A DNA stretch of 63,899 nucleotides, the filler included, from Intoshia linei (lineage: Eukaryota > Animalia > Orthonectida): NCBI GenBank assembly GCA_001642005.1. It is 6 parts of 6 records of this genome, joined end to end, with 100 filler letters (N's around TTAATTAATTAA, not from the genome) between each part and the next. Parts side by side here need not be neighbours in the genome. Positions count along the whole stretch, not along the records: positions 52,002 to 61,178 come from LWCA01001386.1; positions 61,279 to 62,732 come from LWCA01002599.1; positions 62,833 to 63,899 come from LWCA01002813.1; 3 more parts are not named here. One strand, given 5' to 3'. Positions 54,282-63,899 of this stretch are shown in pieces. Under the pieces are notes generated by a model. That model was not told the origin of the DNA. It saw only the letters and a program-made list of their open reading frames with translations, and ran no database searches. The number at the start of each line of letters is the position of its first letter. The stretch's first letter is position 1. The position numbers and the translations under genes are program-made.

Positions 54282-54984
54282 ATGAAAAGGAAAATATCTT
54301 TCATGTAAGTAAAATAAATTCTATAATATTAAATTCTATTCTAGATGTATCCTTACAACGCTATGTATTACTGATTGTTCAGACGTGTATAACATTATAT
54401 TAGAAAATGCAATATATGAACCCAGTATTGAAATAATGAATATTAATTTGCATTGGGTAGCAAGCGCAATATCCTCATTTAATTTTACTGTAAATAGTGA
54501 AAACACGATGATTTTTTATTATGTCTTCACTCCATATATAAATGCAATTTTTTTACTATATTATAATTTTACGTTTTATATCATTAAATATCATACTTAT
54601 TTTACCAAAAAATCCAATTTAAGAGTGTCAAAATTACTGAATGGAATAAATGATAATGCTATTTTTATTACTTCAATGTGTGAATTTCTGTTTTTAATTT
54701 TAATACCAACATCATGGAATGTTTATTTATACTTGGTGGGGTATATAAATGATTCAAACAAGGAGAAATATTATTACAATTATATTTGTTATTTGGGATT
54801 TACAGTGATAACCAAAATTACAATATATATAATATGCATCGACTGCAATCCTATCGAAGTATACTTTTGGTATCAATTTATTGAAATATTTTACATTGTG
54901 AATGTTTTAAATCATTGGGAAAAAAATTATAAGTTACGCTACTTAAATAAACACGAAAATTATTTATTATTGCGTCACATTTAA
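54282..54984 (+). CDS. Orphan signal-peptide multi-TM protein (~220 aa, 2 exons)
   Basis: Exon 54282-54304, 40-nt GT-AG intron and exon 54345-54984 give MKRKISFICILTTLCITDCS followed by about 4 hydrophobic segments. Confidence 0.6.
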
Positions 54985-55993
54985 TGTTATTTTAATAAAT
55001 TTAATCCTTACGAGACTATTTATTTTTAGAAATGTTTACACTAATTTTATTAAAATTTTCACTTCAATAAAACTAAAATTTCAAAAAATAAAAGCCAAAC
55101 TAATTCATAAAATTATTTTGACAGATTATTCAAAGTGAAAAATTGAAAGTGTCACTAATAAAATACAATACTCTACGTTTTCTCTGAGTTAAAAAGTTGT
55201 TCTAAGACAATTAGCCTTATTTGAGCATATAGCGAGCAAAATGATTTTTAACCCTTACGAGACTATACTGATTTTCAAAATTAAAAGCAAAAAATTTCAC
55301 TTTTGAAATGTTAAAAAACACTAAAATTTAAAGTTTAAAATTCAAAAATTTCAAATGTCATTGATTTGTAAAGTGAACAACTTAAATTTGGCTTTAATAT
55401 TTAGCTTAGAACAGCGGTTCTCAACATACTTTGCAGTTGGTACCGCTAAACTAAAAAAAATATAATTTGGTACCCATGATAATTTCTATTTATTGGAACT
55501 ATGATGTCATTTAAATTAAAAAAAATTAAATAAATAAATAGTTAGTTAAAGTTTAACTAACTTCATCAAAAATAGATACATTATTACAAGGTTTTGGCCC
55601 TGAAAATATAATTTTTTTATATTTAAATTTATGATAATGTTTATGATTTTAAAATCCGTATCAGCGTATATATTTTTTTAAATTCTCCAACTTGTTTGAT
55701 TTTCAAAAAAAAATGAAAATTGGGGTTTTTGACCAGTAAGATGTGAATTTGGGAGGTTGACATTTAGTTTGCGAACACCCCCAGAAAAAAACTATAATTG
55801 AAATGTGGAGTTTATAAAATTATAAGACGGGTAGTTATTTAAATAAAGCTGAACACACACACAAACAAAAATCGCGTAGCATATTATATAAGTTAGGATA
55901 AAATACAATGTAATATATATATTATTATAATTAATGTTAAATTTTTTAAACGTTTCGGTAAATGATAATTTTACAAGTGAAATTATTATAATG

Positions 55994-57441
55994 TTAAAAA
56001 AAGTAAAAACCTGTAGTTCTTAAAGTCGTGGGGTAAATTTCTGGACCGTAAATATAAATAATGGTATAAGATGAATTGAAAGCAAATTTTCCAATGAGGG
56101 CAAAAACAGTTTGTAGCCACCTAATACTGTATCCATTCACGTCGTTAGGTATAAATACACTAATAATACAAACTATGCCTCCCATGAGATGAAATATTAT
56201 AAGTGGTTTGATTCTACCAAATTTTGAAATGAGCACTACCGTTAAAAAACAAGACGGTATTTCAATGATATGAGCTAAGAAAAAATTAAAATATAAATTT
56301 CCGTTTAAATTTGGAGTATTATAACTCCAACCGTAATAAGCTGCTGTATTGAGAAGCCACAAAACACTGAGAGAAGATGTAATGGTTCGTAATTTTTTTG
56401 TTCTGAATAAGTAAGTAACATTGAGTGATTTTGGAGATTTTGGAATATTTGGATAATCTGGTTTAGTTTCGTACGTTAAATGAGCATTAAATGAGTCTTT
56501 TGGTATTTTTTTAGAGGTGGATAAACTAATGTTATCATTGAAAATATTTTCTTTTATGGTTTTGTTGCGATAGAATTTGTTACCAGTACTGAGGATTTTA
56601 TTGACTTTGTTGAATTTATTTTTTGAAATCAGCCAAACGATTGATTCGGGTAAAAGCCAAAGTAAAACAATGGCTATGACCCATGGTGCAGAAATAATAA
56701 TTTGTAAAATTCTCCATTCTCTAACAAAATATGCAATAAACGGTAAAATGCAACCACCTAACGCCCAAAAGTATTCATGCGATACGGCAAAAACTGTTCT
56801 ATCTTTCGGTAAAAACAATTCAATGGCCATAATAAAACCAACAATGTTGATCTAAACGAAAATTATTGAATAGATGAAAAAATTACGCCTTGTTCTAAAC
56901 AACCGACAATCATTCTAATGACAACAAAAAGAGTAAAATGAGTCACAAATGCCGCAATCGTACCAAATAGAGATTGCAGAACTAGGCAAGAAATGAATAT
57001 TTTTTTTCTTCCAAATCTATCAGACAAATGACCAAAAATGAGAGCACCAATCATCACACCAACATTGAACATTGCCTGTGACATTTCAGGAAGAATATTA
57101 TTTTCACACACCAAATTCCATTCACTGGTTGTCGAACTTTGGATAAATGATTTATCAAACACCCACCCTTTATCACAAGATTTGTTGTTTGGTAAATAGC
57201 ATTTAAAATTTTTTCCAATAGAATTCGTATAATTGACATTTTGGTAATGAGAATATTCAGTATCATTTAGTCCCATTGCACAGCGATGTTTGGGTGTGTA
57301 GCCCAAAAATGTAAATGCATTCATGTGTATAATAGAAGGAATGCTGTCAAAAATGGAAATAACTAGAAATATAAAAACCTGGTATCTTCTCGTGCTAGTC
57401 AACTGATGCAACGCCACAGACACGGGTTCTTGAGAGTTCAT
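55994..57441 (-). CDS. SLC22 organic cation transporter family member; TM11-12 not found
   Basis: RRYQ, Cys-rich loop (HRC..C..C..GWVFD..STTSEWNLVC), FGHLSDRFGRK, ELF.P..R, LPES..WL, KFGR and YGPEIYPTTLRTTG. ~35-nt intron near 56853-56887. Probable donor at 56010. Confidence 0.9.
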
Positions 57442-58730
57442 TTCAATTATTAGACAGGTAATCAATAAGATAATTTTTGTTCTCTTGGGACAATACAAAA
57501 TTTAATCGTGAAGCATATGTCATGTTTTTAATGTTTGATTTATAAATGTGATTTTCAAGACAATTGCTTTCATTACAATATTTGAATAACTTAATCATCA
57601 AAATATTGAAAAATTCAATTAATATTAAACTCAAATATACATAAATTTGGGTCATACAGTAATAATTAATCTTTAAATCGCAAACAAATTAATGCAAAAA
57701 TCTTTTATATTTTTCAAATTAATCGACTATAGTGGGAGGTGTTAAAATAATGTAAATTAATTTTTAAATTTAAATGTCTTTTTAATAATAATTTCAACAA
57801 ATTAAAATATATAACATAAAATTTAATAAATGTGCCATTATTATATAAAGAACCAACGTTTTCATACCATTCAAATATTTTACTCTCAATTATAATTTAA
57901 ATTGTGACAATTATACTTGTATATTATTAAAATTAATCAATAATAAAATGACATTTAACTTCGAAGTTGTGATTTTTAATTAAAAATACACGTATGTAGA
58001 TATATAAATTTACTACTTTTTTAATAATCGATAAGCCAATTATCATTAATTGAACGATCGATTCAATAAATGCACATTTAAATGTATTTAAATTTTAATC
58101 GAGATTCAAATTAATAATTGTGCGTATGTCATTACTTTTTGTTTTAAATTATAAATGGTGCATAAATTCAGTTCCTCACCATTTTTCTCATGTAGAAAAA
58201 ATTTCATTGTCAAATAATAGTACAATTAAAAGTTTATATTATCAATAGTATTATATAATTGATATTATTAATAGTGTTCATTATTTACATTGTTAATTAA
58301 TCTTGTTTCTTGATTATTATAATTTAATGCATGTAATATCATTTATAAGTGTATAATATACCCTATTATGAAATTTGCTCTGAAATATAAAGTGTATTAC
58401 AATAAAAAAGATTATAATAATACTATGTTGACTGTTATGTACTATGTACAAACAGCACCTAGCTCTGCCGAGGGCACATTTTTATTATACAAAAAAGTAA
58501 ATTCACGTTGAAAATCTAACTGAAAAATCCTAATATTCACTATTATCAATCCTTTAAAGGAGTGGTTGCAAACTTATTTCAGGTAAAACCGTCATATTAC
58601 ATTACTTTTTACTTTAAAGTGAATTATTCCATGTTAATTTTTTTTTGTTAACATTTGCATAAACTGCATAAAACAACACTATCGAAAAACTGTAATAGAA
58701 ATATGGAATTTTTAAAACTCGACTTCTCTT

Positions 58731-61118
58731 CACAGCCTGTCTGAATAAATTTTAGATGAAAAAAATTGTAGGTCTACAAATAATACATTTTATGAACCGG
58801 TACACTTTCTGGAGTATTTTTAAAAAAAATTAAAAAAATTCTTGATAGGGTTTTTTTTAAATGCAAGAAATATAAATTTTAGGTAAAATTAAAAATTTTA
58901 AATTTAAACTTTTGATAGAAACTTCATTAAAATTTAAATTTTCAAATTTGAAATTCAAAAAATTATTCATCCTATTTTTTTGCACATTCTTGTATTTTTA
59001 TCTGTTTATAAAAATCCCCAGATGTGTGTGTACTAGGGGTGTGAACGAATTTTTATATCATAAGTGCACCCTTCCACCATATGAACATTTTGAAAATATT
59101 CAATTTGCACCCCATCTTATATCTCAACTGTTAAAAAAACCCTGGGGCATCGCCTCTAAAGTTTTGAATATATCGCTCACAGTAACTAATATATGACAAT
59201 TTTCTTAAAAATATTATTTTAAATATAAAATTTTTCATACAAATAGCTATAAAGATGCGCAAAATTATCGTCTAGAAAATCATGAACGCCGAATTGATAA
59301 AAAAACCGATTCCAATGAGAAAACTGAATAAATATAAAAAAAATATAAATTGAAAATTAATTGTTATGGAAATAATTATTACTGTGAAATTTACTATACA
59401 AAATAAATTAAATTTTGTTCATTATTCATATTTTGAAGTGCTTTGCCCCAGTGTTTTTTTAATACTTTTTATATAATTTTTTAATAATTGTGTATCATTC
59501 AACCCTATCTTCCACGTATGGGGTGGCACTTATGTATTTTCGTAAAAAAGTGAAAAAATTTACACCCCTAGTGTGTACATATGAGGATTATATAAAAAGG
59601 ATATGCATATTATGCTTCAGTAAAACTAATAAAATGGAGTTGTTTTATCAGAATGTATGGGATTTAATTGAGAAATGTTTTGTAAAAGGTTTGGATAAAA
59701 ATGATCATAGACTTCCATCTGCGATTTGTGGCAATTGTATGGTTATTGTGTATGAATATAGAGAGGTATTTTTCAGAAAAAAATTGAATTATTTGACCAT
59801 TCAAAAGTTGTTAATGTCATCACAAGGCAATACTCTTTGCAAAAGACTTGTTTGTGTATTTTTTTGTACTTTTTTGCTTATTGGCATCTTCAGCAGCACC
59901 CAATAATTTCAAAATCGAAATCGGTAGACCAAAAAAGTTACCTGACATTGAAGAATCTTTAGAATTGTTAAGTTTATTTTCAAAATGTTTTTGTTTATGT
60001 ATATTAGCTAGAGGAAAATCGCATTCCTGCACAAAATCGATGCGTGTAACAAACATAAAAGAACTTGCTGAAACGGGTTCTTCCAAATGTATTGAAAAGG
60101 TGACTTCTTCTTTAGTGAAAAAAAATTAGAAAGGTTAACGAAAGGTTAGATGACTTATTTACTCTTTCTAATGAAGAATTCACAATGAAAGAACACTTTC
60201 TTGAAATGGCAGAAAATAATACCAAATTAAAACCTGTCATAATTTGCAATGATATTACTCAGCTTGTACAGATACTTGAAAAAATGCGTGGTAAAAAATA
60301 TACAAATTTGAAAATTGGAATGGATGGAGGTGAACGTTTTTTTTACATTCAATTTTGAATTAATAAAAGTTTACCACGGAGGAGTTTTTAATGGGAATGA
60401 CAGTAAAAAGCTATTACACACATTTATTGATAAATTGCACTGTCCATATCCTGAATTTGTCACCACATTAAATGATTTCAATGCTGTTGTGAATTCTTGT
60501 TTTGGCAAAACTTTGAAAGGAAATTATAAACAAGTAATAAGTAATTTTAAACAAAGTTTTTGCAAGCTTAACATAAGAATAACTCCAAAACTTCACGCTA
60601 TTTTTTTCCATATTTCTGATTTTTGTGAAGAAAATAAATCAGTACTTAATATATGGTCTGAGCAAGCCTCAGAATCTGTTCATGCAAATTTTAAAAAAAC
60701 CTGGCCAAGTATGCTGTAACAGAAGTTAATAAAGACAAGTATGGTCAACAATTGTTGAAAACTATACAAGATTATGCAAGCAAGCAGATTTGAAAATTCA
60801 TTATCATTTTATTTAAATTTCTATACATTCAAGTTTGTCATAAATTTTTCAAAATGTTGAACTATGATTCATTTTCAGTATTTCAATGAAAATAATTATA
60901 TTCAGTATAAAATGTTAAAAAAATGAAAATTTAAATAATTTTTTGTATTGAAATTTCCAATTTTACATAAAATTTACATTTCTTGTATTTAAAAAAACCC
61001 TACCAAGAATTTTTTTAATTTTTTTTTAAAAATACTCCAGAAAGTGTACCGGTTCAGAAAATGTATTATTTGTAGACCTACAATTTTTTTCATTTAAAAT
61101 TTATTCAGACAGGCTGTG
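58731..61118 (+). mobile_element. Chapaev-type DNA transposon with ~160-bp TIRs and an internally deleted transposase
   Basis: CACAG...CTGTG termini with near-perfect ~160-bp TIRs (58731-58890 and 60959-61118). Motifs YEDYIKRICILC..RLPSAICGNC, ARGKSHSC, KIGMDGG, YHGGVFNGND and TPKLHAIFFH..WSEQASESVH. Confidence 0.85.
59034..59570. mobile_element. hAT MITE nested in the Chapaev transposase 5' end
   Basis: TIRs TAGGGGTGTGAA / TTTACACCCCTA and perfect 8-bp TSD GTGTGTAC (59026-59033 and 59571-59578). Confidence 0.92.
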
Positions 61119-61278
61119 TTATACTATTAGGTCGTTTCATAAGTAATATCGTTTTTATTGTAACTTTATTATAAATCANNNNNNNNNNNNNNNNNNNNNN
61201 NNNNNNNNNNNNNNNNNNNNNNTTAATTAATTAANNNNNNNNNNNNNNNNNNNNNNNNNNNNNNNNNNNNNNNNNNNN

Positions 61279-61613
61279 ATGTGCGAAATGCATGAGACAA
61301 GATATATTCTACAACAAGATGGTGCTTCGTCTTATACATCACGATTTACGAGTCAATGGATACAAGTCAGCATCTAAATATGCTACCAAATTGGCCGCCA
61401 CAGAGTCCAGATTTAAAACTAATCGAAAATCTTTGGAGTGAATTGAAGAAAAGGGTGCGCCAACGATCTCCTCAAAATTTGGAGTCACTATAAAAAATAA
61501 CAAAGGAAAAATTCTATAAAATACCTAACGATTATATCCAAAATCTTTATGAGTCTATTCCGAGAAGATTAGATGACGTATTTTCAGTAAATGGCGGAAA
61601 TACCAAGTACTGA
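61279..61613 (+). mobile_element. Tc1 transposase C-terminal relic
   Basis: LQQDGA...[20 protein letters not shown]...LYESIPRRL...GGNTKY*. Confidence 0.9.
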
Positions 61614-61659
61614 CATTATTAAACCTTTTTAAATTTAATTATGTCGTTTAATCATAAAA

Positions 61660-62732
61660 TTAACCCTTACATACATTGACTACAATTAAAAATAAATTTA
61701 TGGCATAGCTGTTAATTCTGCTCAAATTTAGCACAATTATTTATGTAAAATTTGCTAATAAAATATTAGTACAAAGTCATAAATATATCTAACTATTTAA
61801 AATTTAAAAAGAAAATTTAATTGAAAATTTAAATTTAAACCAAATTGAAATTTACAATTTTTTGGAATATTCTTTATAAATCCAGAGTTTACTGTGTTTT
61901 AATCACAAATTTAATTTATTATTACAATAAAAATTTATAATTTAATTCTTAAATTGATTTTAATTAGGCTGTCCAGATTGTTGATATTTGGATTAAAAAA
62001 GATTGATACTAAGAAATTTTCACCAATTCATTTGTCTAATATTTTTAGAGCTGCTAGTCAATTTTTTTATACAGCTTGCCAATCAATTTTTTAGTCCATT
62101 TAACCGTTTTTCTTTCACTAAAATAAGTTTTGACCATTTGATCATATCGATCCACACCACCCATGTAGGTATCATAATTTTTAACAACATTAGGTTTGGA
62201 CGTGATTGACTTGTTATTTCCAATAATCGCTGGACTTAAATTTATGAAATTGTTCATTAGACTAAATACTTTTTTATGGTACCAGGTTAAACAGTTGGTA
62301 TCATTTTTTTGTTACACAACAATCTCGTATTTATTCAAATTATTTTTCAAAGTTTTCATATTTTCTGGTCCTCCTCTATTCATTCGTATTGTGCCACTAC
62401 AATATATTAGTACGGAACGTAATTGATTAAAAAGATCGAAACTAGAATAATAATTATCTGAATATGATTTTTGATTTTTTTTGTGTAGTTTTTTATAAGA
62501 TGATATACAATATTATTGATTTTGTTACTGTTTACATGCAAAGATTAGGATAATACATAACCGTTAGAGGAATCACACCATATATATAACTTCATTCCTA
62601 TTTTGGTAGGTTTGAAAAACATGTATACTTTAAAAGAGTATTTTCCTTTATATTTGACCATGCCTTCATCTATAGAATAATGTTCTCCAGGTGAATACAA
62701 ATAATTACATTTGTCATTTAAATATTTTATAA
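61660..62732 (-). mobile_element. piggyBac (PGBD4-like) transposon relic
   Basis: SIDEGMVKYKG..KPTKIGMK, DNYYSS and KPNVVKNYDTYMGGVDRYDQ..KWTKK. TTAA-CCCTT terminus at ~61661. Confidence 0.88.
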
Positions 62733-62939
62733 NNNNNNNNNNNNNNNNNNNNNNNNNNNNNNNNNNNNNNNNNNNNTTAATTAATTAANNNNNNNNNNNN
62801 NNNNNNNNNNNNNNNNNNNNNNNNNNNNNNNNTTTAAGTTAGATTTTCAACATGAATTTATTTTTTTGGTATAATAAAAGAGTGCTCTCGGTAGAGCTAG
62901 GTGCTGTTTGTACAGAGTACAAACCAGCCAAGCTAGTTT

Positions 62940-63899
62940 ATTATAAATGTTCAATGAACGATGTTCATAAATTATCAGACAAAAATTTTCTTACGTCTAA
63001 TAATTTTTCAATTTCAGTAGTGGTTATTATGCTTATATTTCTGAGTTTCATTATTAGATTATCAGTTGAATTTATAAAATCTAAAATTTGTGCCTCCTGA
63101 TCGGATTCTGTATCTGATAAATTCAGGCAAATCATCTTCATTAACATCAATTTCTAAATTTTTTAAAATTGTTAAAAGCTGTTCTTGATTAAATTGATAC
63201 ATGTCATTGTTGTTTGATTTTTCAATTCCCTGAATTTTCTTCCACGCCTGAGTGAATACACTATGATTTATTTCGTTCCAAGATTTAAATATATTGTCTA
63301 TACACATTTTTATAGTTTAATTTTTCATTACTGAGTTTAATCGCCATTTAACAAGATTTTTTAAGAAATTTTGGTTATATCTGCATTTTAATGACCTTAT
63401 TATTCCTTAATCCTGTGGTTGGATCAGTGAGGTTGTGTTTGGAGGACTATATAATACTCCTATATTATCTGACAATAAGAACTGTGCAGGTAGATGTTCC
63501 GGACATTGATCCATCAACAATAATATTTTACAATTTTTATCTAGCCCCAATGAAGTACAATGAGCTTTTGAATCAACGACAAAATGTTTATAAAACCAAT
63601 CAATAATTATGTCACGATTAACCCAACTTGATTTTGAGTGAGTATAATAAACGGGTATATCATGTCACTTAAAGCTTCTTGGATTTCTACTTTTTCCAAC
63701 TACCATCAGCTTCTGATGATCGGTACCATCCATATTGGATGTACACAAGATGGTAATTCTATCTTTATAATGTTTTTTTCCCTTTTTATTATTTTTTCGT
63801 TCGTATAAAGTTGACATTGTTGTTTTTGGAATTTTTCTCCATACCAGTCCCGTTTCGTCCATATTTTATACTTGGCAATCTGTCAAATTTTCTTGCAAC
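62940..63899 (-). mobile_element. Tigger/pogo (CENP-B-like DDE_1) transposase relic, continues past the window end
   Basis: NMDETGL.WR..P..T, KDRITILCTSNMDGTD..KLMVVGKSRNPRSFK and SWNEI....AWKK. Frameshifted. Confidence 0.88.

Noticed and set aside
58731-61118. ProtoRAG/RAG1-RAG2 transposon
   Set aside because: No RAG2-like ORF and no heptamer-spacer-nonamer arrangement; motifs fit Chapaev better.

Overview
Very AT-rich animal (metazoan) genomic scaffold. Genes are densely packed and split by many ultra-short (~30-45 nt) GT-AG introns, and there are five assembly gaps (N runs containing a TTAATTAATTAA linker). The style fits a compact parasite genome such as the orthonectid Intoshia, but this is inference only. 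Spliced genes reconstructed by hand: the 3' end of a single-pass membrane protein; an FN3-only DCC/neogenin-like receptor that appears to lack Ig domains; a Zn-finger + C2 (rabphilin/Slp-like) protein; two orphan signal-peptide multi-TM proteins; an EF-hand protein; DDX18/HAS1; phosducin-like PDCL; NF-YC; an amyloid precursor protein (APP-family) homolog with a C-terminal extension; a PP2D1-like pseudophosphatase; a long coiled-coil protein; a beta-propeller-like protein; and an SLC22 transporter lacking its last TMs. Introns and intergenic DNA hold relics of many transposon groups: hAT (including Buster-type), Chapaev, Chapaev3, Merlin, Tc1/Tc3, IS630-like, piggyBac, Tigger/pogo, a non-autonomous Helitron family and an LTR-type protease fragment, some nested. 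No rRNA, tRNA or CRISPR array was recognised. All family assignments come from remembered motif similarity, not database searches.
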